Shown here one piece after another: positions 37,561 to 47,248 of a stretch of DNA of 64,000 bases. The DNA comes from Candidatus Omnitrophota bacterium (GTDB lineage Bacteria; Omnitrophota; Gorgyraeia; Gygaellales; Profunditerraquicolaceae): NCBI GenBank assembly GCA_043808425.1, contig JAZDEW010000064.1:11772-75771 (forward strand), written 5' to 3'. The stretch's first letter is position 1, and each line of letters opens with the position of its first letter. Both the position numbers and the translations under genes were made by a program. A model generated the notes under the pieces. It saw nothing but the letters and a program-made list of their open reading frames with translations. It did no database searches and was not told the DNA's origin.

Positions 37561-39593
37561 TTAAGCACTCTCTTTCCATGAAAATTATTAGCAAATCCGC
37601 CACTAATCATAGCCAAAAATTCTTTTTCATTAATAATTTTTATACCTAATTCTTGAGCTTTATTAAATTTTGAACCCGTACTTTTCGCGGCGACTAAAAA
37701 ATCGGTTTTGCTACTTACGCTAGAGGTTGTCAGGCCGGCGGATATACGCACCAGCTCTTCTGCTTCAGAACGGCTGAATCGGTCCAATTGGCCGGTAAAA
37801 ACTACTGTTTTGCCGGTTAATTTATTCGCCTTAATCCTCGGAGCTTCCTGGCGCAGGTTAAGGCCAGAATTTTTTAGCTCCTGAATTAACTTTTTAGTCC
37901 GGCCAAGATTAAAATAATCTACAATAGAACCGGCCATAACCGTGCCAATCTCGGGAACCTTATCCAGCTCTTGGAACTTTGCCCGCATAAGTTTATCTAT
38001 ATCCGAAAACTCTTGCGCCAACGTATAGGCAGCTTTCTGGCCAACATGGCGAATGCCTAAAGCAAAAATCAGGCGCGCCAAAGGCTGAATTTTACTTCTC
38101 TGAATTGCATTTAAGAGATTATTAGCTTTTTTTTCTTTAAATAACTCTAATCCCAATAAATTATTAATTTTAAGTTTATAAATATCCGCTAAGCTCTTCA
38201 ATAGCCCCAGCTTTACCAGCTGATTAATTACCGCCTGGCCTAAACCCTCGATATCCAAAGCATCGCGGCTAGAAAAATGTAAAAGCGCCCGCTCAAGTTG
38301 AGCGGGACAATCAGAATTAATACAACGATAAGCAACATCCTCTGCCTTCTCCTTAATAATCTTTTCACCACAGGCAGGGCAATTTTCAGGTTTATTATAA
38401 GGCCGTTTGCCTTTTTGTTCTACCACTTTTACTATCTTAGGAATAACATCGCCCGCGCGCTCAATAAGCACCCGATCACCCTCACGCAATCCCAATCTTT
38501 CTATTTCATCAAAATTATGTAACGTAGCGTTGCTAATAATTACGCCAGAACATTCCACTCCTTTAAGCATGGCAATAGGCGTAATCACCCCGGTGCGTCC
38601 GACATTAACCTTAATTTCTAAAACTTCGGTTGTCGCCTGACGCGCAGGAAACTTATAAGCTACTGCCCAACGTGGGCTTTTAACCGTAAAGCCTAAATTC
38701 TGTTGATACTTAAAACTATTTAATTTAACTACTATTCCATCAATCTCATAACCTGCTTGATCTCTTTTTTTCTGCCACTTTAGGCAATAGTCAATTACCG
38801 CATCAATATCTTTGCAAAACAGCGAATGTTTATCTAAGCGCAAGTTCCAAGTTTTTAATAAGCCTAAAAATTCCCATTGAGTATAAATTGGCTTCCCTTG
38901 ATAAGCGCCTAAAGAGTGCGCGATAAAATTAAGATGCCGTTTCGCCACTATATGGCTATCTAGTAATTTCAACGATCCGCTGGTAGCATTGCGTGGATTG
39001 GCAAACAAAACCTCTTGGTTATCTTCGCGCTGATGATTAACCTTTAAGAAATCTTGGCTTTCCATATAAACTTCACCACGAATTTCAATTAAGTCCGGAA
39101 GATCTTTACCCATCAGAACCAGAGGAATAGCGCGAATAGTTTTTATGTTTGCCGTAACATCCTCGCCAGTTGAGCCATCTCCTCTAGTAGCTCCGAGGAT
39201 TAGCTTACCTTGAGCATAAGTTAAATTCGCGCTTACCCCATCAACCTTAAGTTCAACCACATATTCAAAAACAGCCTCTTTACTTAAACCTTTACGCACA
39301 CGCCTATCCCAAGCTTTTAATTCTTCAATAGAATAAGTATTATCCAAAGAAAACATGCCGGCTTTATGTTTTACCGTTTTAAAACCCACACTTACGCCGC
39401 TACTTAAACGCTGACTGGGAGAATCGCTGTTTAAATACTGCGGGTACCTATCTTCCAATAGTTTTAATTTAACCATCAAATCATCGTACTCTTTATCTGA
39501 AATTTCAGGCTGGCTTAGAGCATAATAAAGATAATCATGCCGTCTAAGCTTATCTCTTAATTTCTCGATTTCTTTATTTATTGAGCTAGACAT
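37557..39593 (-). CDS. ligA: NAD-dependent DNA ligase
   Basis: ELKVDG, TRGDG, EIRGEV, zinc finger CPAC..C..C, HhH repeats, BRCT. Confidence 0.98.
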   Translation of the reverse strand: MSSSINKEIEKLRDKLRRHDYLYYALSQPEISDKEYDDLMVKLKLLEDRYPQYLNSDSPSQRLSSGVSVGFKTVKHKAGMFSLDNTYSIEELKAWDRRVRKGLSKEAVFEYVVELKVDGVSANLTYAQGKLILGATRGDGSTGEDVTANIKTIRAIPLVLMGKDLPDLIEIRGEVYMESQDFLKVNHQREDNQEVLFANPRNATSGSLKLLDSHIVAKRHLNFIAHSLGAYQGKPIYTQWEFLGLLKTWNLRLDKHSLFCKDIDAVIDYCLKWQKKRDQAGYEIDGIVVKLNSFKYQQNLGFTVKSPRWAVAYKFPARQATTEVLEIKVNVGRTGVITPIAMLKGVECSGVIISNATLHNFDEIERLGLREGDRVLIERAGDVIPKIVKVVEQKGKRPYNKPENCPACGEKIIKEKAEDVAYRCINSDCPAQLERALLHFSSRDALDIEGLGQAVINQLVKLGLLKSLADIYKLKINNLLGLELFKEKKANNLLNAIQRSKIQPLARLIFALGIRHVGQKAAYTLAQEFSDIDKLMRAKFQELDKVPEIGTVMAGSIVDYFNLGRTKKLIQELKNSGLNLRQEAPRIKANKLTGKTVVFTGQLDRFSRSEAEELVRISAGLTTSSVSSKTDFLVAAKSTGSKFNKAQELGIKIINEKEFLAMISGGFANNFHGKRVLK

Positions 39594-39610
39594 CTATAGG
39601 ACTTGTTAAA

Positions 39611-39904
39611 TCAGAATTGCACTTGGAAATCACTAAATTCTCCGCTTGCCGGAAGCCACTCCACGGTTGTATCTGTTATATAGCGCGAAAAATGCTGGTT
39701 AACTTGCTCAAGAAAAACATTAAGGGTATCTTCTTCCGATTCCGCTAAAATCTCCACTCGCCCGTCATTTAAATTCTTAACCCAACCACAAACCTTTTGA
39801 CCCAAAGCAATATCCAAAACAGTATAGCGAAACCCTATGCCTTGCACCTTACCTGAATAGTAAAGATGAAGCCTCATTATCATGGGCGTATCTCTTGCCC
39901 ACAA
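39611..39904 (-). CDS. acyP: Acylphosphatase
   Basis: [19 protein letters not shown]; the true start is probably one of the internal ATGs. Confidence 0.92.
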   Translation of the reverse strand: MWARDTPMIMRLHLYYSGKVQGIGFRYTVLDIALGQKVCGWVKNLNDGRVEILAESEEDTLNVFLEQVNQHFSRYITDTTVEWLPASGEFSDFQVQF

Positions 39905-40014
39905 ACTCGCAAGGATTTACCTAAATCAAAACCTAAAGCGGCCATTTATTTTACCGTTTTTTAATCTATCCCTACTAGTTAAATATCAAAATTCAACATC
40001 CAACCACTAAATAT

Positions 40015-41067
40015 TTATTTTTTAGCCTGTTCGCCCGCCCATTGCGATGAATTCATCGCCGCTCTTAATTCAGAGGTTCCTCCCACGGCTTTCTCCGCGA
40101 TGTCTTCTACTTTCTGGTAAGCTTTTTCCAACTGCGCTGACAGCTTAAGTAACTGCTCTTTCTGCTCCTTAACCAGGGTTTCAAAAGAATCTACTCGCGT
40201 TTGTAAAACGTTGCGTTCGCCTTCAAAAGATTTTTTTAGGAATTCTTCACGGTTTCGCGATTCTGCCTGGCACTTTTCCGTTGTTTCTTTGATTGTTTTC
40301 TGCGCCGCTAATTCCAGCTCTTTTGAAAAGCTCTCCATTTTCTTGCGTAAAGAACTCAATTCTCCTTCACTCTCCTTCATATAATTGTCGCGCTCTACCA
40401 TCTGTTTTTCTATAGCTTCCCGTTTTATTTGAAATTCCTTCTCTTTCTTGACTTGTTCGTCAGTAAATTTATCCAATGCCGCTTGTTTATCGCGTTTAAA
40501 TACATATTCATAGTCTTCTTTTTCCCGCTGGCGCGTACGATTATCCTCAGCTTGCTGTTCTTTTAACCTAGCATCATAACGTTTCCTATCTTCTTCCCGT
40601 TCCAACGCCAGTGCATCCATTCCATGTTCAAAAGCATTCTTCTTCTCTTCCATCTCTTGCTCATAATCAAGCCGTCTCTTATCCTGCGTTTCAATAAGCG
40701 CGGCCAGGCTCTGGGCGGCTTTATGTATTCCATATATCTCTTCCAGTTCTTTAGTTTTTATCTCCACCGCGTCCTTTACCTTACGATATCGCCCCACCTC
40801 ACCTTCCATTTCTTCCGCGATTTTACCAAGCATACCGCTAATATCCAGCCGCAGCTGGCCAATACTCTTAATCACTCCTTCTACCGATAGGCCATTAGCT
40901 TCTTCTACAATTTCCTTAGTTTTCCTTTGTTCAATTACAGCTTCTGGCCTTAATTCTAACGCGTTCTTTTCCTGAAGTTGTTTGAGTAATTCATTATAAG
41001 CCGCCACCATTTCTTGTTTAGTATTGGTAAGACTAACCTTCCGCTGTTCCTTAATTTTCTCAGCCAT
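40015..41067 (-). CDS. Hypothetical all-helical coiled-coil protein
   Basis: 350 aa, E/K/Q-rich, no TM segment or catalytic motif; AAGGAGG RBS. Confidence 0.85.
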   Translation of the reverse strand: MAEKIKEQRKVSLTNTKQEMVAAYNELLKQLQEKNALELRPEAVIEQRKTKEIVEEANGLSVEGVIKSIGQLRLDISGMLGKIAEEMEGEVGRYRKVKDAVEIKTKELEEIYGIHKAAQSLAALIETQDKRRLDYEQEMEEKKNAFEHGMDALALEREEDRKRYDARLKEQQAEDNRTRQREKEDYEYVFKRDKQAALDKFTDEQVKKEKEFQIKREAIEKQMVERDNYMKESEGELSSLRKKMESFSKELELAAQKTIKETTEKCQAESRNREEFLKKSFEGERNVLQTRVDSFETLVKEQKEQLLKLSAQLEKAYQKVEDIAEKAVGGTSELRAAMNSSQWAGEQAKK

Positions 41068-41149
41068 TTTGCTTCCTCCTTTTAATTTCTACATCAATCA
41101 ACTCCAACATCTTCTAACCCTTTAATTGAAAAACATATCCACTCATTGC

Positions 41150-41308
41150 TGTCCAAATTACGTCATTCTGAGCGTAGCGAAAAATCGCGTACCGTCGAGA
41201 TTCCTGCCTGCCGGCAGGCAGGCTTCGTCGCTCCGCTGCCCAAAATAAAAAGCGTATATTTATATCTCAAAAATTATTCTCGACGATAGATAATGTTTAA
41301 TTTGGACA
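41150..41308. mobile_element. Triple-nested MITE/REP element
   Basis: Inverted ends TGTCCAAATTA (41150-41160) and TAATTTGGACA (41298-41308) enclose GTCATTCTGAGCGTAGCGAA... REP-like units, interrupted by CCTGCCTGCCGGCAGGCAGG (41203-41222). Confidence 0.7.
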
Positions 41309-41597
41309 CGAGTGCTCTTTCATATATGATCCTTCCCTTAGATAAAATCCTTTTCTGGAAATGTTCTCTGATGTCGTCAAAATCGACCATATCAACTTCA
41401 TCATCTACCGCCATAGAGATTCTTCCATAATATTTAAAAAAGTCCTTAGCCTCAATTCCTTCTACCGCTATATCAATATCATTAGCCGTCTCAACGCTTT
41501 CCAGGCATGAGCCAAACAAAAATACTTTTTTCACATCAAACTCTTTGCTAATTTCTCCTATTTTAATCAATTCATTATCTAAAATTTCTTTTTTCAT
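41274..41597 (-). CDS. Minimal nucleotidyltransferase (MNT, antitoxin-type)
   Basis: LFGS...DIDIAV...VDMVD, GRIIYE; no intact HEPN partner. Confidence 0.88.
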   Translation of the reverse strand: MKKEILDNELIKIGEISKEFDVKKVFLFGSCLESVETANDIDIAVEGIEAKDFFKYYGRISMAVDDEVDMVDFDDIREHFQKRILSKGRIIYERALVSKLNIIYRRE

Positions 41598-41669
41598 TAC
41601 CTACCCCTCTCTTTTAACAAGGCCGTTTCTATTTTACCTTTGGTCAAAAACTATGCTAACTTTCTTCAT

Positions 41670-44126
41670 TTATTTAAAAATATCTAAAAAAAACCGGCCG
41701 GCCTGAACTATTTTTTTTATTGTCTCATCATCGGGTAATGGAATTTGAAGCGCCGGTTTCCCGGTTGCTTCATCTTTTTTTATTTTAATTCCAAAAGGAG
41801 GCTGCGTATCTGATAAAACCGATTCTTCCTTGGTATCGCTGTCAAGCTGTTTAAGCATCTTACCCAAAAAAGAAATCCCGGCTTCTAAAAAATTCCGCGC
41901 GGCTTCTCTAACAAACACGGGTTCCTGGGAAAAAGTTTTCTTGGCCTCTTCTTTTTGGCTATCTTCCTCTATAACCTCTTCGCGCGCCGCCTGTTCATCT
42001 TTTATTACTTCTTCAAACCCACCCCGCGAAACTTTCTCTTCTATCTTAGGTATACCCTCCGCGGCAGTCTCGACTGTTTTAATAAACTGATTAAAACGAG
42101 ACGTTCCCATAAACACTTCATTCTCTCCATTATCAAGTATGCCGGAAAACATGGAACGTTTAAATTTAAGAAGCGACAACATTCCCTGTTCGATAGAACC
42201 TTCGGTAATAAAATTAATCACCCTGACACAACGTTTTTGCCCTATGCGGTGAACACGGCAGATACGCTGCTCCAAAACCGCAGGGTTCCACGGTAAATCC
42301 AGATTAATAACCGTGGACGCGTTTTGCAGGTTAAGCCCCAGCCCGCCTGCCTCTGTTGATAAAAATACGCGGCAATTAGAATCTTCTTTAAACCTGCTGA
42401 TAAGTTCTCCTCGTTTATTACCCGGCACGCCTCCGTGGAGCCAGACGTATTTCCAACCACGCGCGTTCATCATCGCCATAACGAGTTCAAACATCCGAAT
42501 CCATTGTGAAAAAATCACTACTTTAGCGCCGCGATCTTCCAATAAATCTTGCAGTTGTATTTCTAATTCGCCAATTTTATTGCCGCTTCTTTTATTTAAG
42601 CCGATCAAATACGTATCGTCGCTAACCATTCTCATATTTTGCAGAGCCATCATCAGGCGCTGTTTATCCTCTTCGCTCAAAAACTTATACCGTTTCCATT
42701 TATTCACAATCCGGGCGGTAATCTCCCTGTTTTCTTCATGAATGGCAGACTGTTCGGCAGTCATTGCCACAAAATACTCTTTTTCTATTCGCCCGGGAAG
42801 CTGCGCTAAAACTTCTTTTTTCCTCCGGCGTATCAAAATAGGCCTTAATGATTCTCCTAATTTATTAAGATTGCGATATCCAATCGCCCGCCCTGTTTCA
42901 TCTATTATTTCGTGCGTATGCCGAAAACGAAAAAGCGGCCCTAAATGGTGCTTATCAATAAATCCGACAATAGAATGTAATTCTTCTAATCTGTTTTCCA
43001 GCGGCGTTCCGGTAAGGACAATCGCGTAAGGAGAGTAGATTTTTTTTACTGATTTGGCTAACCGCGTCCTCCAGTTTTTAATGCGCTGCGCCTCATCAAG
43101 TATTATAATATCCGGCTTCCATCCTTCAATAGCCTTAATATCGCGATGGATCACGTCATAATTGGTAATCTTAAAAAAACTCTCTTGCTTATACAATAAT
43201 TGTCTTTTAGATAATAAGCCCTGAACCACTTGAACAGAACGATGACTAAATCGCTGGATCTCTTTCTCCCATTGATGTTTTAAACTGGTAGGGCAAATAA
43301 TCAGCGCCTTTTCAATTCCAAAACAATCAGCCATAATTTCACTCGCCGCAATAGCCTGCAATGTTTTGCCCAGCCCCATATCATCCGCTATTATGCATCT
43401 GCCGGCTATTGCCGCGAATAACGCCCCTTCTTTTTGATAAGGGTATAATTTCGCCTTTAGTAAATCTCCAAACGCGGCGTCTTGTCCGCCCCGCGGAAAC
43501 TTTTTCTCAACGCGCTTTCTGCGGATATCCGCGTCTTTGGCCATAGCGATAAATAATAACGCGTCTTCATGATAGCGGACATCATCATCTAACAAATCCA
43601 CCTGTTTAACAAATTCATCAAAATGCTGCAAGCCCTCCGCGATTAGAAAGCCCTCGTGATCGAAAAATTGGTTAACTAATTTCTTAAGCGGATTACTAAC
43701 GCGCCGCCCCATAGAAAAGGCAACGCGGCGCCTAAGCCCATACCTCAAGGTAACAAAGGAATATTCCGGGACATAACCTTCTTTAAGTATCTTTTTTGCC
43801 CCCTTTTTTCTTCGTAATCTGCGTAAAAGGTATTCGATATGCTTACAGGTCCCTAATGTATTTACGGAATAATCAGGGCAAGAACAATAATTAACCCCTA
43901 ATTTCTCTCCCCAAATTACAACTCGATAGGCCCTTTCTGTTTTGAGATTAGTTAGTTCAAATGTTGAAAAAATTAGATCCGCGCCGATATTTTTTACCCG
44001 ATAAGCCTCATCTTGAGCAATCTGCCGCCTAAGTAGAATCTGCCATTCTTCTAAAGATAATTCCTTAGGTTTTACTGTATGCGAAAACCTTTTTATTACT
44101 TTTTTACTTTTTTTCTTTGTGGACAT
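41670..44126 (-). CDS. SWIM zinc-finger SNF2-family helicase/ATPase
   Basis: CSCPD...CKH SWIM motif, ADDMGLGKT, DEAQ, LTGTPLEN, GLNLQ, PWNP, QRICRVHRIGQ. Confidence 0.93.
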   Translation of the reverse strand: MSTKKKSKKVIKRFSHTVKPKELSLEEWQILLRRQIAQDEAYRVKNIGADLIFSTFELTNLKTERAYRVVIWGEKLGVNYCSCPDYSVNTLGTCKHIEYLLRRLRRKKGAKKILKEGYVPEYSFVTLRYGLRRRVAFSMGRRVSNPLKKLVNQFFDHEGFLIAEGLQHFDEFVKQVDLLDDDVRYHEDALLFIAMAKDADIRRKRVEKKFPRGGQDAAFGDLLKAKLYPYQKEGALFAAIAGRCIIADDMGLGKTLQAIAASEIMADCFGIEKALIICPTSLKHQWEKEIQRFSHRSVQVVQGLLSKRQLLYKQESFFKITNYDVIHRDIKAIEGWKPDIIILDEAQRIKNWRTRLAKSVKKIYSPYAIVLTGTPLENRLEELHSIVGFIDKHHLGPLFRFRHTHEIIDETGRAIGYRNLNKLGESLRPILIRRRKKEVLAQLPGRIEKEYFVAMTAEQSAIHEENREITARIVNKWKRYKFLSEEDKQRLMMALQNMRMVSDDTYLIGLNKRSGNKIGELEIQLQDLLEDRGAKVVIFSQWIRMFELVMAMMNARGWKYVWLHGGVPGNKRGELISRFKEDSNCRVFLSTEAGGLGLNLQNASTVINLDLPWNPAVLEQRICRVHRIGQKRCVRVINFITEGSIEQGMLSLLKFKRSMFSGILDNGENEVFMGTSRFNQFIKTVETAAEGIPKIEEKVSRGGFEEVIKDEQAAREEVIEEDSQKEEAKKTFSQEPVFVREAARNFLEAGISFLGKMLKQLDSDTKEESVLSDTQPPFGIKIKKDEATGKPALQIPLPDDETIKKIVQAGRFFLDIFK

Positions 44127-44238
44127 AAATCTACACTCACTTCCCCGCGCTGCTCCCTCTTCGTTCTTTATTAGCCATACTTTACACCTTGATCCCTATC
44201 CGATAAGTCCTCAAGCTTACCGCGAAACTTCTTATCAA

Positions 44239-44359
44239 GTGACTGTTGCGAAATGCAATTTGTGGCGTCATTCTGAGGCCGGAGGCCGAAGAATCTCGAC
44301 GCTGATAAGATCCTTCGCTTCGCTCAGGATGACGAAAATTTGTATTTCGCAACAATCCC
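44239..44359. mobile_element. 121 bp MITE with 5 bp target-site duplication and internal REP dyad
   Basis: TIRs GTGACTGTTGCGAAATGCAATTT and AAATTTGTATTTCGCAACAATCCC; ATCAA on both flanks (44234-44238, 44360-44364); interior GTCATTCTGAG...CTCAGGATGAC. Confidence 0.82.
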
Positions 44360-44444
44360 ATCAAAAACCCTATTGTCACAAAAATATTCTATAAATTCGG
44401 AATAACTATTCGGACTCAAAAAGCGAAAGAAGTATTCCCTATTA

Positions 44445-47222
44445 TTAACTCAATAATTGCTTAGTGAAAATTTCTTCAAAAACTTGTTCTTTTTCTTTAT
44501 TAAATAATGGCAATCCGATTAATTTATAATCCTTATTTTCCGCTTTCAGCAAATTTCCATTACTATATTTATCCGTAATTTGTTGTAAAAATTCTTCTTT
44601 CCAGCCTTCTTTGCTCTCTTTAAATCCGTTTTTTTTATCCGCAAATTGTCCGCCTTTCGGTTCAATAAAAATTTGATAGTATAAATTGCCTTTTTTGCCT
44701 TTCAAAAACAGCAAAAAGTCCGGCTCAAATCCGCGCCCCTGCTCAAAGTCATAAATTTTATATATTTCTTCATTTCGAAGCAAATAAACCTCATTATATT
44801 TCTCTTCTAAATTTCCAATTCTATCCTTTAAAAATTCAAGTAAACCAATTTCTTCACTTGTTCCAACAAAACCATCCAGCACATACCATTTATTTTTCAA
44901 TACTTCGTTTTCATAACTTTTGCTATACTTTTCTATATTTATACTTTTTTCTTTTGGCTCGCCAAACAAATCCTCAAAAGAAAAAGATTCAAATTTTTCT
45001 GTTCCTTTATATGGATTAGCGATTTCTTTAAGCTTTCTTGCAAATTCATCAAAAAACCCCAGTAATAATTCCAGCTTTTCTTCATTACTAATATCGCTTA
45101 AATCGTTTTTATCTTTTGGGGCAATTATATTGATCTTAAAATTGCCAATAAAATTATCCGTAAAGATTTCATCAATACTGTTTAAGCTCAATTCATTCTG
45201 TAAATTTTCAAACCGCAAAAGCGACAAATCTTTTGCCGCCTTTTTATTGATTGCTTTCGCGATGATATGCTTTTCAAAATCTTTAAGTTTTTTACTAATT
45301 GTTTTACTGCCTTTTGATAAACTTTCCGTGAGAATTTCATCTTTCTCTCTATCTAAGATAACCTGCTGTTCTTTCATTGCGAACTTTCTCGTTTTATATT
45401 CAAAAACAAACTCTTTTTCCAGCTCAGCCAATGTCATTTTTCTTTTTACCGGATTGTCCTTTTTTTCGTTTTTCCAGACTTTTATTTCTTTGAAAAAATC
45501 GCTTTGCTTAAATTCATCTTTTAGCGCGAATTTCTTTATCTGGCGATTCTCTTGAATAAATCCTTTATTTTTAAGCTCTCTTTTTAATTCGTCAAGATAA
45601 TGCGAATCATCATCACTATGATAATAAAATTCTTCCAATACTCTAAGCGGATTTTCCAAATCATTATCAAATTTTCTTTTGTTTTTCTCGCACTCATTAT
45701 AGGCAAAAGGAAAATAACGCACGCCTCTGCCGATTAGCTGAATTTCTTGTACAGTCGCCTCTCCGGCTTTTCTTTTTCCGGTGCTTTTTTCTTTTCCTTC
45801 ATCGCGCCCTTCGTAAAGCCTGACAATATCAAAAAGATTCAATACATCCCATCCTTCTGTTAACCGTTTTACCGTAAAAACCGCGCGAATATGATTATTT
45901 TTATCTTCCAAACTATTCAGCAATTGATCCTGCTCTTCTGTCGTCCTCTCCTTAGTAATTGCCTTATTGTCTTTTGAATTGGTTATAATACAATTTCTTT
46001 CGGCAAACTCGTCTTTAATATAGTTCACGATTTTGCTAATGCTTTTTTTATCATTAATAAACTTAAGCATTTGCTTAACCCTGCTTCTGCCTTGCTCATA
46101 TACCTTAGTTGAATTTGAATCATCTTGTTTTATGCTATTTTCAATGTTTTTTAAAAAATCAAAATCAGCCGGTTTTAATTCGGCAATTAGAGATATAAAT
46201 TCTTGATAATCATTTTTTGATTCTTCAATAAATTTGCTTCTAAAAAGTATTACCGGCTTGAAATTAGCAATCTTGTTTTTAAGCGCGATTTGATGGCGAT
46301 ACCAGTTAAAAAGCAAGGCGAGCAAGATCTTTTCTTTCTTTTTCAGCGAAGTTGAAACAAGGTTTATTTCTTTGGTATAGCCGGCTCTAAGAAAGTCAAC
46401 GAGTTCAAATTTATAAATTGTTTTAGGACGGTATTTTTCTATAACATCCACGTTTTGCGGTATTGTCGCGGTGAATTCCAATAAAACATTTCTATTCTCA
46501 ATATCTTGCTTATTCTTACCTCTTTTTAGGATTTTATTAATTATTGTATTTTCCCAGCTTTTCTCAATATCTTTTTCGCTGGCACTTTCCTTCAATTCCA
46601 AAGGTAAATCCAATTCAGCCTGCCCGTTTCTCATTGTTGAAGCGTTAAGATGATGCGCTTCGTCGCCAATCATTACCAAATCTTTTTTCTGCAAATCGAA
46701 AAGCGTCACTTCGTTTTCTTTAGCCAAATAAACCGCGTTATGAAGCTTGTGAATTGAAGTAAATTTTATCTGAATATCGTCCGTGCTGTCAAAAGTCTCC
46801 ACTTTGCGGATATTGATGGTTCTATCTTCAATCACGATATTTTGACGAAAAATGTATTTGGTGTGATTTTTATTGATAAAATTATTTTCCGTCTTATCTA
46901 CGATATTGTTTTGATTAACAAAGAAAATAAAATACCTGCGGCCTTTTTTGTAGTAATACAAAATCAACGCCGCCATCAGCATGGTTTTGCCGGTGCCGGT
47001 CGCCATATTAAACATCAGATGCGTCGGCTCAAAATTATTCTCTTTTACTTTGATCTTTTCCCAAATTAAAAAACTTTCCAACGCTTCTTTCTGCCATTGC
47101 CACAAAGAATGCCGGATATTTTCCGCGATAAAAACCGGTATCTGCACATCCTGCTTGGTAATACCCAAGTTAAAAGCTTCATCTCTAACTTGACCGGATA
47201 AATCCCTGCTTAAATCATACAT
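44445..47222 (-). CDS. res: Type III restriction endonuclease subunit Res
   Basis: MATGTGKT, DEAHH, TAT, EGWDV, QLIGRG.R, C-terminal PD...EPK nuclease motif; co-oriented with Mod. Confidence 0.92.
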   Translation of the reverse strand: MYDLSRDLSGQVRDEAFNLGITKQDVQIPVFIAENIRHSLWQWQKEALESFLIWEKIKVKENNFEPTHLMFNMATGTGKTMLMAALILYYYKKGRRYFIFFVNQNNIVDKTENNFINKNHTKYIFRQNIVIEDRTINIRKVETFDSTDDIQIKFTSIHKLHNAVYLAKENEVTLFDLQKKDLVMIGDEAHHLNASTMRNGQAELDLPLELKESASEKDIEKSWENTIINKILKRGKNKQDIENRNVLLEFTATIPQNVDVIEKYRPKTIYKFELVDFLRAGYTKEINLVSTSLKKKEKILLALLFNWYRHQIALKNKIANFKPVILFRSKFIEESKNDYQEFISLIAELKPADFDFLKNIENSIKQDDSNSTKVYEQGRSRVKQMLKFINDKKSISKIVNYIKDEFAERNCIITNSKDNKAITKERTTEEQDQLLNSLEDKNNHIRAVFTVKRLTEGWDVLNLFDIVRLYEGRDEGKEKSTGKRKAGEATVQEIQLIGRGVRYFPFAYNECEKNKRKFDNDLENPLRVLEEFYYHSDDDSHYLDELKRELKNKGFIQENRQIKKFALKDEFKQSDFFKEIKVWKNEKKDNPVKRKMTLAELEKEFVFEYKTRKFAMKEQQVILDREKDEILTESLSKGSKTISKKLKDFEKHIIAKAINKKAAKDLSLLRFENLQNELSLNSIDEIFTDNFIGNFKINIIAPKDKNDLSDISNEEKLELLLGFFDEFARKLKEIANPYKGTEKFESFSFEDLFGEPKEKSINIEKYSKSYENEVLKNKWYVLDGFVGTSEEIGLLEFLKDRIGNLEEKYNEVYLLRNEEIYKIYDFEQGRGFEPDFLLFLKGKKGNLYYQIFIEPKGGQFADKKNGFKESKEGWKEEFLQQITDKYSNGNLLKAENKDYKLIGLPLFNKEKEQVFEEIFTKQLLS

Positions 47223-47248
47223 ATTATTTGGGGTTATAAAATTTTCGC

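Noticed and set aside
39878-39945. Short [24 protein letters not shown] upstream of acyP
   Set aside because: No recognisable similarity and weak RBS; cannot be supported.
39905-40014. att direct repeat of the tRNA-Pro 3' end at the far island boundary
   Set aside because: No match to TGGTCGGGGAG found by eye; site-specific integration is unproven.
44119-44394. ORFs 44119-44394 (+) and 44182-44379 (-)
   Set aside because: They are translations of the MITE/REP sequence (RHSEAGGRRIS, RHPERSEGS).
44920-45555. 211 aa plus-strand ORF
   Set aside because: F/S/L-rich antisense shadow of the K/E-rich res gene.
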